Origin: Fistulifera solaris
Lineage: Eukaryota
Length of the DNA stretch: 64,000 nt
Assembly: GCA_030295235.1 (NCBI GenBank)
Contig: AP026127.1
Span: 496,001-560,000 of the forward strand
Direction: 5' to 3'
The position numbers and the translations under genes were made by a program. A model generated the notes under the pieces. The model ran no database searches. It saw nothing but the letters and a program-made list of their open reading frames with translations, and was not told the DNA's origin. Positions 24,751 through 38,159 of this stretch are shown piece after piece; the stretch's first letter is position 1, and each line of letters starts with the position of its first letter.

Positions 24751-25586
24751 TCACTTTTCGTCGGGCCATCCTTTCTGAACGCGTTGCAAAAGTGCGCTTT
24801 CTTGTTCTTTCCGAAGTTTCTCGCGCTCGACCAAAATAGCTTCTTCCTTTTCAGCATTTTCTAATTCTTGTTGAGCATCGTGCAGTTGCTTTTTCAGTTT
24901 TTCCACCAAGTTCCGTTTCGTTTCTTTCTCCGCCTTGACCATTTGCGTCTGAGCCTTCAGTTCTGTTAGATCCTCCTGCACGGCTTTCAAACACGGGATC
25001 GCACGACGTCGGCGACCTTTGATCACGGAGTCACGATTGGGTGGGGTTACTGTAATGCGATAGGAAATCACCTTTTCGCGCATCCAACTGTAGCCATTGT
25101 CCCATCGAAATGTCAACAAGCAAGGGACGGATCCAACGAGAAACTTTTGACTGATGGGTGACTCCGCGACGTTCACTCGAGATGCTTCCTGCCAGAGAAA
25201 GTGAGAAAAACGACAAATCAAGCATAGAATTACGTTTCAGTGCCTACCTTGACAACGGTGACTCCTTCCTCGCGTTCGGCTATAATTTCAAACACGACAT
25301 CGTGACTCTTCAATTCAACTTCGTAATGAACCATAGAACCGGCAATCGCAATTTGAATGGGGACTTCCAAATCACCTCCTGCGGTAATGGGCAAATTGTG
25401 TCCTACGTAGGAGGATTCTTCGGCCTTGTACGAAGTCAGCGAAGGCCCGTCAATCTGCTGCAACAAGGCTTCGATCGTCGGGGCTTTTTGGAGCAAATTC
25501 GATACCATGGCGGCGTCGGCGGTCGCCTCGGCCTCGTCTACCGCGCGGGCTTCTGACTCGCTATTCTCGTTCTTGTTGTCCGTCAT
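24751..25586 (-). CDS. GOLD-domain protein with C-terminal coiled coil
   Basis: ITAGG.LEVP, V.YEVELKSHDVVFEI, LTFRWDNGYSWMREKVISYRI. One intron at ~25190-25247. Confidence 0.75.
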
Positions 25587-25712
25587 GCTTCGATATTGAT
25601 GTGCAAGGTGTTACGTGATAATACAGTCTTTTGCAATGCACGAACCAAGCCGCATTTTGCGAATGTTTTCTCTTTCTCTCGAACGCGCATAACGGTGTTC
25701 GGCGAGATGTCC

Positions 25713-28416
25713 TTGTTTACACTCCTTTAGAGTGTAGATTACTTTTGAGTTCTTAGACGTTAGATACCGGTAAGATCTACACCTTACTATTGCTTAGAGT
25801 GTTGGTTTACAGTGACTACGACTCGTTTTAGTCATGAATCATGATCATATATTATCGAGACAGACCGTCGCTTCAATCACCGTGCATCTTGTTACCCGCG
25901 ATAAGCCACGTTTACCTTCATAACGATTTGATTACCATCAGGTATTATTCACAAGAAAAGCTTCAATTCATTGCGCCGAAACTCATCGCGAATCGATATT
26001 TCCCGTATTCTCTATAGCCCAAAGTGTAGGCGACCTTCTCCACGACTGCATTTCAGTCATGAATCAATAGTTTTGAGCTATGGCTATGGGACATGGACAA
26101 GAACCTATCCTCCGCCATTCGATTAGCTAAATGAGCTACAACATTTTATCACGACGAAAGCAATGCACGCTTCATAAGCTGAATCACCTGGTATAAGCTT
26201 ATAGTTTGAATAACGAAAAACTTTTATTGAATACACGTGGTCGTAGCACGTTTCGTGACGGAGTATTAACGTAAATTCATGTACCGGTATTTCAAAACAT
26301 TTCATTCATTCCAAGCATTGATTGGCAAAACGATTCGAACGACAGTCCATCGACTCAACTCCGGGATGAGGGTCATTTTTTCGAAGCAGCTATTGTTTAC
26401 ACGCTCTATAGTGTAAATTACTTTTTTGACTTCCTAAAAGTCAGATACCGGTAAGATCTCCCTTTTACTGTACACCTAGAGTGTTGGTTTACAGAGACCA
26501 AGACTCGTTTCAGTCATGAATCATAATCATATCGAGACAGACCGTCGCTTCAATCACCGTGCATCTTGTTACCCTCGATAAGCCACGTTTACCTTCATAA
26601 CGATTTGATTACCATCAGGATCATTCACAAGAAAAGCTTCAATTCATTACATCGAAACTCATCGCGAATCAATGTTTCCCGTATTCTCTATAGCCCAAAG
26701 TGTAGGCGACATTCTCCACGACTGCCTTTCAGTCATGGATCAATAGTTTTGAGCTATGGCTATGGGCCATGGACAAACCCGTATCATCCGCCATTCGATT
26801 ATCTAAATAAGCTACGACATTTTATCACGACGAAAGTAATGCACGCTTCATAAGTAGAATCACCTGGTATAAGCTTATAGTTTGAATAACGAAAAACTTT
26901 TGTTAAGTACACGTGGTCGTAGCACGTTTCGTGACGGAGTATTAACGTAAATTCATGTATTTCAAAACATTTCATTCATTCCAAGCTTTGCTTGGCAAAA
27001 GGATTCGAATGACAGATCCATCGACTCAACTCCGGGATGAGGGTCATTTTTTTCGAAGCAGCTATTGTTTACACTGCTCTATAGTGTAAATTACTTTTTG
27101 ACTTCCTATAAGTCAGATACCGGTAAGATCTCCCTTTTACTGTACACCTAGAGTGTTGGTTTACAGAGACCACGACTCGTTTCAGTCATGAATCATAATC
27201 ATATCGAGACAGACCGTCGCTTCAATCACCGTGCATCTTGTTACCCTCGATAAGCCACGTTTACCTTCATAACGATTTGATTACCATCAGGATCATTCAC
27301 AAGAAAAGCTTCAATTCATTACATCGAAACTCATCGCGAATCAATGTTTCCCGTATTCTCTATAGCCCAAAGTGTAGGCGACATTCTCCACGACTGCCTT
27401 TCAGTCATGGATCAATAGTTTTGAGCTATGGCTATGGGCCATGGACAAACCCGTATCATCCGCCATTCGATTATCTAAATAAGCTACGACATTTTATCAC
27501 GACGAAAGTAATGCACGCTTCATAAGTAGAATCACCTGGTATAAGCTTATAGTTTGAATAACGAAAAACTTTTGTTAAGTACACGTGGTCGTAGCACGTT
27601 TCGTGACGGAGTATTAACGTAAATTCATGTATTTCAAAACATTTCATTCATTCCAAGCTTTGCTTGGCAAAAGGATTCGAATGACAGATCCATCGACTCA
27701 ACTCCGGGATGAGGGTCATTTTTTTTCGAAGCAGCTATTGTTTACACTGCTCTATAGTGTAAATTACTTTTTGACTTCCTATAAGTCAGATACCGGTAAG
27801 ATCTCCCTTTACTGTACACCTAGAGTGTTGGTTTACAGAGACCACGACTCGTTTCAGTCATGAATCATGATCATACTATTATCGAGACAGACCGTCGCTT
27901 CAATCACCGTGCATCTTGTTACCCTTGATAAGCCACGTTTACCTTCATAACGATTTGATTACCATCAGGATCATTCACAAGAAAAGCTTCAATTCATTGC
28001 GCCGAAACTCATCGCGAATCGATATTTCCCGTAGTCTCTATAGCCCAAAGTGTAGGCGACATTCTCCACGACTGCCTTTCAGTCATGAATCAATAGTTTT
28101 GAGCTATGGCTATGGGCCATGGACAAACCCCTATCATCCGCCATTCGATTATCTAAATAAGCTACGACATTTTATCACGACGAAAGTAATGCACGCTTCA
28201 TAAGTAGAATCACCTGGTATAAGCTTATAGTTTGAATAACGAAAAACTTTTGTTAAGTACACGTGGTCGTAGCACGTTTCGTGACGGAGTATTAAAACGT
28301 AAATTCATGTATTTCAAAACATTTCATTCATTCCAAGCTTTGCTTGGCAAAAGGATTCGAATGACAGATCCATCGAATCAACTCCGGGATGAGGGTCATT
28401 TTTTCCGAAGCAGCTA
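25713..28416. repeat. Tandem array of four ~675-bp units
   Basis: Unit start TTGTTTACAC at 25713, 26393, 27065 and 27738; array ends GAAGCAGCTA at 28416. Units 2 and 3 are nearly identical. Confidence 0.97.
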
Positions 28417-31398
28417 TATGCTCTAGCTTCAGGAAACTAAGGTTGTCTCTCTGAAACGTAGCAGAATATGTTAGACGACAAAACCAGAGAGCATAAATAT
28501 GTCTCACAGACAGCAACTTACCCAAGCTAGGTTCAAATCTTTTAGACTTTCTTCCACAAATGTCTTTGCTTCCATCCATGCTAAGCGGGTAGGCTGTAAC
28601 TGCACCGATTTGAGAACTGCAATGACCATACGTAAAGCTCGCTTCACGGCGAACTTTTGTAAAGCTTGACGCTCCTCGGACATTCGGTCGCTTTCGGTTG
28701 CTAAGAGCAATCGAGATTGGTGTGGACCCAACTTGTCCAGTTCGATCTGTAAAGTTTCAATGTACTTGGCGCAACGCTTGGAAATGCCATTCTTTTTTAA
28801 CTTTTGGCATGGCGCTTTCGAATCAGGTTGTGTATCAGAGGGTGTAACGTTGTGGAGTTTGGCGGCACGCCGACTGGCTAGACTGGTGTCAGTCATCGCT
28901 TGGTTAACTGGCCGGGGAGAAGCGGGCGTATTCAAAATTGGAATGGAATCCACTTTAACCATTGTTCGAGCCGACACGGGTTTGGGTGATACTTGTTTGG
29001 CTGCACTTTCCATTGAGTTTTGGTCTTTGGTCTTCGGTGAAATTGTATCAGAAGGCTGCGATGAGGCCTTCTTGCGAGGGACAGGAGGTGACATGGACGA
29101 ATGAAAGGCGGATTCGTTTCTCTTTCCCACTATGCCGGCCGAATGTGAGGTTGTCGACTTCTTTGAAAGCTCCAATTTCAATGCCTCGCTCGTTTGATCA
29201 GAGGAGGCCTGTGGTTCTGGAGATGTCAGCGGTCGTCTTTTCTGTGCGGACACCGGATCCTCCGATCGCATGACGGAAGAAAAGTCTCGTTGTCCTTGAC
29301 CGATACTTTTCAAAATAGAAGCGGCTGCAAGATCTTCTAGCATCGCAGTTTCGACTCTTGCCTTCTTCTTTTTCCGAGGAACGCCCGAACTGTCACCCTG
29401 ACCAGCGCGCTTTTCATTCTCATTTTTTAAAAGTGCCTCTCCTATATTTTTCTTTGTTTTCTTTGCCGAAACAAAGGGCAATGTTTGTGTCAGTTTTCGA
29501 GCCAGTGGACGCAATCCCGAGTTGGTAGTAAGTGCGAACTTTAACCCCGAGACTTGAGGTGTCACAATGGATTGCTTTCCCAGCGTCGACAGTGAAGGAG
29601 TAACGGAAGGGACTTTGGATAGTACCTTGAATGAATCGGAACCACTGCTGCCGTTGTCATCATCAACTTCCGTCGTAGCAAAGGACTTCAGGTCCACCGT
29701 TTCTTGTACTGGAACGGGGCTCTCCTCGGGCGCCACGCCGAGTGAAGTACCCAGATAGCCCCAGAAACGCCCTTCGTGCGATTTCTCTTCCTCTAAAATC
29801 TGAAATTGGATCTTCCCCGCTCCCCGATGACAATCAAAGGTGGCGGATACCGCCATCGTCATTCCCTGATACCCGACCCGTCGGATTTGTACTTTGCGTT
29901 TTTCGACCTTTTCCACAAACCCCGGCGCGGTCATGGGCAGCAACGTCGGATGCACGTGTGACAGTTGAAACCATACCAGGGAATCGTCGGCCAATTGCAA
30001 CAAGGCGTGATCGGCATCATTGTATAAGGTGGCCACACTGGCGACCGATTGCAAATCCCCACGACTGCGACGACGCTGCGTCGCCGTACCGGGCAACGCC
30101 AATTCGTGACACAGTCGATCTTCCAAATGGACCACCGACAAGGTATTGAACAAGTGTTCACTGCCCCCGCACAGACAAACGGAGCCCGCGACGCCCAAGG
30201 CCGATTCGGTCAACGGCACGTCTTGAACCGAAGGACGCGGCAATGGCGTGGTCAATGGCGTGTCGGAATGGAGCTGGGTTTGAACGTCCCGCAAATCCCA
30301 GACTTGTACTTTCATATCATCGGATTTGGTGACCGCTTGCAGATAGGGCGTTTCTTGAAAGTGCAGAAACTTGATGGTCGTCCCGTTCGTGGGCAAATTC
30401 AAAATGGCTTCAAACAATGGATAAGGACGAGTGGACGTGGGCGGCACAAACCGCCAAACGTGACAATTTTTAATGCCCCGTCCCGTCAATAACAGATACT
30501 GCGACGGCGTCGTTGGTAGACACGTACAGGCTTCCAAGCCCCGCAATTTGGCATCGGAATGCGTGTACACTTTCACGAGATCCAACAAGTTGCCCGGTTC
30601 TGCCGGCGAAGGACGACTGAGGGCGGCTTCCAAATCTCCCACAGAAATCGCCGCCAATTCCATCGATCCTCGCAAGGCGCCCGCAAAGAACCATTGCGCA
30701 TCGGGAGAAACATCCACTTGCAATAACAAGGATCGATGCACCCCTTTGGCTTCCAATTGCACCGCGACGGCACCAAATTGCTGGTGGGTAAACGAACAAC
30801 AGTGCGTTCCTTTCTTTTTGTTGTTATAGGACAACAAGGACGGTTTGTAACGACCCGTCAGATCAAACAATCGGACGGTTCCATCCGTACAGGCTACGGC
30901 CAAGAGTCGACCCGTCGGTGACAATTGCAAGGCACACGGTTCGGCATTGATTTTGAATTGCAACGAATGATCGCGAAGGCCGGCAATGACGTGATCGGGT
31001 AAGACAGGCAATGTCTTGGAGGAGCGTGTCGGAGGAGTCTCCTGGATGTTTTTGGGGACGGTGATGCAAATGCGAGGTCGCGTCGCTGGCGTAGCGACAT
31101 TCCGCAATTCTTCATTCATCGTAGCCGCTGGTATTTCGTTGTTATCAGCAGTCTTTCTTCGAATAACGATCGTCTGTAGAGTACCAGTATCACAAGGACC
31201 ATCAACTGGAGTATCATGGAGGGCGCAGTGTGTTGGTTTCGAAAAAAAACGCGTCCGAACGGGGGGAGATTTGGGGGGGCTGGTGTAGAGACACCGTAGG
31301 AATTCTACAGAAGCAGGCGCATCGAAGTTTGGGTCGTTGCTTTTGTCATTTTGGGCGCGCGACCTGGTATGATTCACGAGTGAATGTCGTACCGGCAA
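28328..31398 (-). CDS. Large protein with WD40-like beta-propeller region and low-complexity C-terminal half
   Basis: 964-aa ORF with LSPTGRLLAVACTDGTVRLFDL, VSPDAQWFFAG, NCHVWRF, VQVWDL. A phase-0 intron 28521-28451 (GTAAGT...CTAAC...TTTCAG) gives a terminal exon 28450-28328. Start uncertain. Confidence 0.7.
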
Positions 31399-31712
31399 CC
31401 AACCAAGGACCGCGATGAGGATGACGCATGCGTTTCTTCGTGACCAGAATGAGTCGTGACTTTGTCGTCATCAACTAAGACCACCACGCCAATCATTTTT
31501 TGTCGACGTCTGCGGTTGGTTCGCACTTTTTCCCGCCCGGTTGTTCGAAAAATTTCGATCTATGAAGTAAATAGTACCGAAGAAAGGATCCGTTTCCGTT
31601 GGCCATCTTGCGCCTCTCGGGCGGCGTGGTTGTTTTTTTCCATTTCTCACTCTTTTATTTCTTCCTTCTTCCTTCTTATTGTTGCACCGATTGGCCGCAC
31701 GTTTGAGAAAGA

Positions 31713-33406
31713 ATGAAAGCAACCTATTATTTACACACAATCTCGTTCTTGCTTTCGGTGGTGTCGACGGAAGCCTTTGCGCGGTCGGAAGGACGAAGAT
31801 TGTTACCTGTGGGTCACGCGTTGACGACGGGCATTGCTACTATTACTACTCCGACGCGTCTTTCAGCGTCGATTGCGACGACGAGCGATCCCGACATTCC
31901 CTCATCCCACAAAATGAATGTGTTACCCCGCTGGAAAGAATTGCCACCCCGGGCGCAATCGGTCGCACTCATGGGGATCGGCATGTCCCTCCATTTCGGT
32001 GGATACGAATTCATTCGGAATGCCTGTCTTTCGTTGTTTACGTCCGCGGACTACGGATTCACGTCGGCGGCGGCCTTTCCGTTGGCGAATGGACTCGTCA
32101 GTCCCTTTTCGGTGTTATTGTTGTACTTGTATGGGAAACAATTGGATCAGGTCGGTCCTCGCGGCGCTCTGTACCGATCGACGGTCGCGTCCATGGTGTT
32201 TATTGCCATCGCGGCCACTCTGTTGAAAGCCTTTCGTGTGCTGGCGGCTCCGAAAGCGTGCAGTCAAGCCTTGATTGGCTTGGTCTTTTTGTTTCAAAAT
32301 TCCTATCAATATTTGTTATACAGTCAACACTGGTCCTTTGTCACTTCCGTATTGACGCCCGAAGAAGGCAGTCGATGGATTTCACGTCTCGCGGGGATTA
32401 TGAGTATCACTTCCTCGTTATTGGGACAAACGGCGGCATTGATGTTGCCCTTTACGGGTTTGATTGGACTGTTGGCGGCGACCTGTGTCACGCTCGTGGG
32501 CACGTTGTTGTGTGCTGACAAGGCGTATGCGGTGGCCAGTCAACACGGATTCGATCCCACGCAAGCGAGTCAGAAAAAGAAGAAAGAGAAAACAACGACT
32601 TTGCAGTCCAGTGAAAAAGTGAAGCAAAACAAATTCGTCGAAGCCTACCATCTCTTCCAGCGTGTTCCCACGCTCGGCGCATTGTTTGTGGAAACCGTCT
32701 CGTTCCAAACGCTCAGTAACATTCTCAATGTGGCCTTTGTACAAGCCTTGAAGGTACAAATTCCGAATGATGTGTTACGATCGGCGTACTCGAGTCGTCT
32801 TTTTCCATCTCCAACTTTTTGGCGGCCGCCTTTCAATTTATGATTTTGCCGGCCATCCAGTTTGAACCCAAGACGGTCTGGCGACTCATGCCGCTGGTGC
32901 CGTTTGCGGCTTGTCTGACATTGGCATTGCAACACCAATGCTCTCTGGCATTGTTGGGTGCCGCGTTCGGTGTTATTAAATTGCTGGATTACTCCTTACG
33001 GAATGTCGTGTACGTGACGGCGTATCAAACGTTGGATTACGAAAGTCGCTATGTTGGCAAGGAGATTGTGAGTGTCTTGGGCAGTCGGTTGGGCAAAAGT
33101 GGTGTTTCGCTCGTGTTGTCGGGTTTGACGGGGTTCGGTTTCACGGGTCTGCCGCAATTGATTCAATTCAGTTTAGCGAGTTGTGGTGTTTGGCAGGCCA
33201 GTTCGTGGTGTCTATCCAAGCTCGTACCGACCCGAGCGGAAGCGCAAGCCATCTTTGAAGAACGTCGTGAGACCGAGAATGCTGTCGTGGAGAATAAAAA
33301 TGCTGTGGATATTCAACTAAAGAACGCAGGTTCGGAACAGGAAACGAATGGAAACAAGACAGCGGATGACCTGGTTACTTCGGCGCAGGCCAAGAAAGAT
33401 GATTGA
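31713..33406 (+). CDS. TLC/NTT-like nucleotide (ATP/ADP) transporter with bipartite presequence
   Basis: Signal peptide ending TEAF, many TM segments, and DYSLRN...Y..LDYESRY.GKE.VSV.GSRLGKSG (TLC-family signature). Frameshift(s) at ~32800-32820. Confidence 0.8.
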
Positions 33407-33495
33407 AGCAACACACTTTTGCTTTCATATTATTATATGTTTGTGATTGTTTGCAGAAAAAATTCCATACTTTAATTAGAAAAATTTAACGCGGT

Positions 33496-36335
33496 CTAAA
33501 TCTTACTTTCGTCTTCTAGCTGTACGATTTCGGTTTCATTTGAACCAACAGCTGATTCAATGACTTCTACATTATCCCCATTATCTCTTGATGCCTTTTC
33601 TTCTAATAAAACATTCAGTTGTGTGCGATACATTTCTTTCACCTCGGCAATATCTTCTTGAAGCGAGTGTATTTCGATGGCCATTTCCTCGTTCTCCCGA
33701 GTGAGTTCTTGCACTTTTGTTTCAAATAAAGGGAGTTTCTCCTTTGCGCTTCGCGTCTCGTTTAGTTCTATAGCCATGCGATCGCGTGCACCTTGTGCTT
33801 CAACGAGTTGCTTCTTCAAGACATCCAGCTCAACCTTTGCAGCTTTAAGGCGAGATGTGAGTTCTGCTAGGGCAGCAAAACTTCCATGTGCATCGCCTTG
33901 TTGATTCATGGCCTGGTCCTCGTTGTCTTCGTCTTCTTCGTCACTTCCCAATCCACCGAGTGCTTCGTTCAAAATATCAAATTGATTATCGGACTGGCGG
34001 AGCCTTGCTGGCTGCGATTCAGGTATATGCGAGGATAGCTGAGGCGGAATGATCATCCCTGCTTTGCCAAGTAGTTCCTCGACCTGCTTTTCAAGGAGCG
34101 AACGCTTCTCCCTTTCTTGTCCCAATTCTTTCCTAATAGACTCTACTTGAACTCGGTGGCGCTCCTCACTTTCCATTACAGTTTGCGACATTTCGCTGCG
34201 GGCCTTCGATGCACCTTCATTTGCCAAGCGCTGGACTTCCGAGTACTCTTCCTTCAGTTTTGCATTCTGTATTTCCAAGTCATTTGCTCTATTTTGAAGC
34301 TCTCGATTCATCTCAATCTGGTCGTCCAGCTTAATTTTCAATGATTTTAATTCTGCTTCGTAATCCCTCACCGCTCGTTCAGCTCGAGAGTTGCGAGTTT
34401 TTAGATCGCCTTTTTCCTTCATAAGCTGCTCGTTTGAAATGACGGCTTCTTCCAGTTGTGACCGAAGTGAGCTTTCGAGTTCCGCCCATGCAGCTGCTCT
34501 GCTTCTGCTTTGTCGCTCTGCACTATCTATTTGGCGGAGAAGTGGAGCCGTACTGGACTGAATATCCATGGATAAGGCATCAGCCCGACGAACGGAGTCT
34601 TGCCACCTCTTTTGGTAGTTCTGCAATCTCGTGCCTCAACGCGTCTTCTCTTATTCCAGCTTCACGTTCTGTCATTTGCAATTTTGTCTCTAGATCATTG
34701 ATTGCGTCATTATGCTCTTTTCGAATTTTCTTAATTTCGCGTTCCGATTCAACTGAAGCCCCCTGTTGAATTTCGAGCAGTGCAGCTTCTTGACTTTTCA
34801 TAGTTTCCTTCAACTCATTTACCTGTTGCTCTAGTAGAAGAATGGTTGCCGCTTTTGTATTGTTCTCTTCGGTTAGACGTCGTAGTTCAGCATCAAGTTT
34901 TTCGGCATGACTTTCCCCACGCCTAGCGGAAGATAAGTCATCTTTGGTTTTCTTGAGCTCGGACTCTAGACTCGCAATCTTCTCCAGTGCGGTGTCTTTC
35001 GCTGTCTTTTCATCTTCGAGCTCTTCCCGTAAGCTTCGTGCCTCCCCCCTTGGCTGTTCGTACAGCTTTTTCCATTTCAGCTTGTTTGTGAGCCAGCTTC
35101 TCACCTTCTTCGCGTAAGGCGGCAATAATTTCGGCCTGCTTGGCTGCGTCTTGATCACCTGCTGTGGACTGACGTGCCAGCTCTTTCATCCGAGCCTCCA
35201 TCGCTTCCACGCGTTCTTTCGCTTTCTGGGTACGCCGCATGGATTCCTCTTTCGTACTCGCCACCTTTTGAAGCAATTGTTGCTTTTCACTTTCGAACAT
35301 GGCTGTCATTTCAGTCAGCTGTTCTGTTTTATTCATTAATTGTTCCTCTCGTTGTCGTAGAAGTTTGTTCAAATCTTCGATCTGCGCTTCAAGACTATGC
35401 ACATTTTGAGCGTTGTCAGCATCCTTACGGCTCTCATCAAGTGGTGGAGACGAGTTCTCTTCTGTCTTTGACTCTTTACGTAATGTTGTTTGCTCGGTCA
35501 CTTCACTTTCAGGTTGATCATCCGATGTAGGGGCAGGTATGCCGTTCTGTTCGTACTCCGTTTCTGCTGGTATACTGCTATCGACGATTGTTGCTTCAGA
35601 ATGCGTAGCTACTGCTGTGTTCGAATTCGGCATTTCAGAAAGCATAACAATCTCGTTCACCTCCTCTAATGGCTCATTGTTGGTGAAGACAGTTTCACTG
35701 GTGTCAATCAAATCAAGGTCGTCGTTTCCTGTTCCCCACCCTTCTTCTTGGTCTTTTGCTGTCTCATGATGATCTTCCTGTTCGTTTTGTGCGTTATCGT
35801 CGGGTCCAGGTGGATTGATTTCGGTGCTTATGGTTGTCGATTCGATGGGTGCCACCGGTGAGGAGTCAGCTGCATCGTCCGTACTTTCATTTTCATCATT
35901 CTTTTGAAGAGACAGTCCTTCATCGTTCGTCCCTTCGTGCTTTTCCAAATCTTTGTCAATGGCGTCATTAATCTCTGATGCCTCGTTAGTATTCGTCACA
36001 TCATCAACATGTTCGTCATCATCGTTTTGTGCATTTTGGTCGCTTACAGGGGTCTCTGACGCATGAAGTGTTGCTCCTTTGTCATGATCTTCCTCTACAG
36101 ACTCTTCTGCTGTGACTTTTTCATCAAAATCATCGTCTAGCGCAGCCAAATCATCATTATCGCCATCCCAGGCATCATTCAAAATGTCGTCGTCATCTTC
36201 AGCGATCAATTCGGACGCTAATGTCGGTGCATCCGTTATGCCAACACTTTGATTGATCTGTTTGTCTAGTTCTAATGCCGCAGCTTGGGCTTTCGAGGCC
36301 AGTTCTTTGCCCTTTTCAAGCCATTCACCCCACAT
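33496..36335 (-). CDS. TMF1: Golgin TMF1/Sgm1-like coiled-coil protein
   Basis: N-terminal W...A......LDK, acidic linker, L.EEGEKL...Q, STAPLLRQI, W..LE.SL, C-terminal LQEDI.EVKEMYR.Q. Two frameshifts. Confidence 0.82.
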
Positions 36336-36649
36336 ATCTTCGGATGTGTTCACAGAGCGTCATTCACCGCAGCAGGCGTGACCTTTTGTTTCAAGCGTTT
36401 GCTTCTTTCGCTCTACGAAACAAACACAAAAGCGCGTTCTAATAGTATGAAGCAGACGCTAATCAAGAAGACTCTTTAAAACTTTCACGGATGCGGATTG
36501 TAAAACGAAGGTCAGCAAATAACCACATATATGAACTCCTTCTCGTTATCTCATGCAGCATGCAAAAGCAATAAAGTCATTCCGTTACATGCGACTTTCC
36601 GGGACTGGATTACACTTAAGTCACATCATGGAGTCGAGCGTCGACCTTA

Positions 36650-38040
36650 TCCAGAATTTCTGGAACATATGCAGAATTTTTGATGCTCAAATAGCACCGT
36701 ATCCAGAATGTCTGGAGCGTAGAATACGGAGTAGACCGAAGGTCGAAAACGCCGTCTCCAGAATTTCTGGAATTTACACAGATTTTCTGTAAGATTATGA
36801 TTGACGACACCCTGTCCAGAAATGGTATTCTGGACCAGGCCAGTTTTTGTATGAAGGTCCAGAATTTCTGGAAAGACCAGCATTTTCTGTATGAATGAAA
36901 TATATAACTGGTCCAGAATTTCTGGACCAACCCAGATTTTCTGTATGAATGAAATACAATTGGTCAGGAATGTCTGGACCGTCATAGATTTTCTGTATGA
37001 AGGAAATACATAAGGAAGTCCAGAGTTTCTGGACTGCACCAGATTTTCTGTATGCATGAAATACACCTAGTGCAAAAATTCTGAAAATCCTCAGATATTC
37101 TGTATAAATGAAATACAATTATTGGTCCAGAATTTCTGGAGCACCACAGATTAACTACTGTAGACTATGAATAAAATACATTTGGTCCAAAATTTCTGGT
37201 TCAACCCAGTTTTTCTGTATGAAGGAAATACATAGGATCCACAATTTTTTGACAGCACCAGATTCTCTGTATGAATAAAATATACCTGGTCCAGAATTTC
37301 TGGAACGCATCAGATTTTTGTACCAGGTATGAATGGAATACAGAAGGTCTAGAATTTCTGGACCGACCCACCCAGAATTTCTGTAAGAATGAAATACACT
37401 GGTCCAGAATTTCTGGACCCCCTCAGACTTTCTGTATGAATGAAATACACCTGGTCCAGAATTTCTGGACCTGCCCAGATTTTCTGTATGAATGAGAATA
37501 AAACTGGTCCAGAATTTCTGGACCGCCCAGATTTTCCGTAAAAGTGAAATACAATTGGTCCAGAATTTCTGGACCACCTCAGATTAACTGTATGAATACA
37601 ATACAGCTGGTCCAGATTTTCTTGACCAGCTTCGATTTTCAAAATAAGAATGAAATACACTTGGTCCAGAATTTCTGGACCATAACAGATTTTCTGTATG
37701 AATGAAATACACCTGGTCCAGAATTTCTGGACCAACCCAGATTTTCTGTATGAATGGAATACAGCTGGTCCAGATTTTCTGGACCAGCCCAGATTTTCAA
37801 TAAGAATGAAATACACATGGTCCAGAACTTCTGGGAACTACCTAGATTTTGTAAGAATGAAATACACCTGGTCCAAAATTTCTGGAACTTCCCAGATTTC
37901 GCGTAAGAATGGTGGAATACAAGTGGTCAGATTTTCGTGAACGTCCATTTTTTGTGTGAATGAAATACACTTGGTCCAGAATTTCTGGTCCGCACCAGAT
38001 TTTTTGTGTGATTAAATACAACGTGTCCAGAATTTCTTGG
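36650..38040. repeat. Palindromic minisatellite, ~52-bp unit, roughly 26 copies
   Basis: Consensus GTATGAATGAAATACACCTGGTCCAGAATTTCTGGACC-N3/4-CAGATTTTCT. CAGAWTTTC cores alternate 33/19 bp apart (e.g. 37686, 37719, 37738, 37771, 37790). Confidence 0.95.
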
Positions 38041-38159
38041 AAGTAACAGAATATCGACTTAAGTAGTCTACAACAAACATCTAAAAGGAGGCTTCTACTT
38101 TTACGGTGATTGGCTCACGACGACAATGAACTCGATTGAATGATGTCTTGTTCGGCTTT

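Noticed and set aside
137..26063. tRNA genes or a tRNA-derived SINE explaining the bipartite motif
   Set aside because: Box A loosely resembles a Pol III A-box, but I could not build a properly spaced GTTCRA B-box, cloverleaf or tail. tRNAscan-SE or Infernal would settle it.
26566..28203. Repeated 95-aa ORFs (MLPSISH...)
   Set aside because: TTG-initiated products of the 675-bp array, not called in unit 1, with no domain signal.
36616..37940. Repeat-protein ORFs (GPEILDQ / SRNSG / VQKFW)
   Set aside because: Unit length is variable and not a multiple of three, so the same peptides rotate through all frames on both strands.
36650..38040. CRISPR-like array (palindromic repeat at regular spacing)
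   Set aside because: Inter-palindrome segments are themselves homologous rather than unique spacers, there are no cas genes, and the context is eukaryotic.
36650..38040. Heat-shock element array
   Set aside because: GAA and TTC in the core are 1 bp apart, not the 2 bp of canonical nGAAnnTTCn.
36614..38064. ACTTAAGT at 36614-36621 and 38057-38064 as an 8-bp TSD of a hAT-like element
   Set aside because: There are no terminal inverted repeats inside the octamers, so this may be chance.
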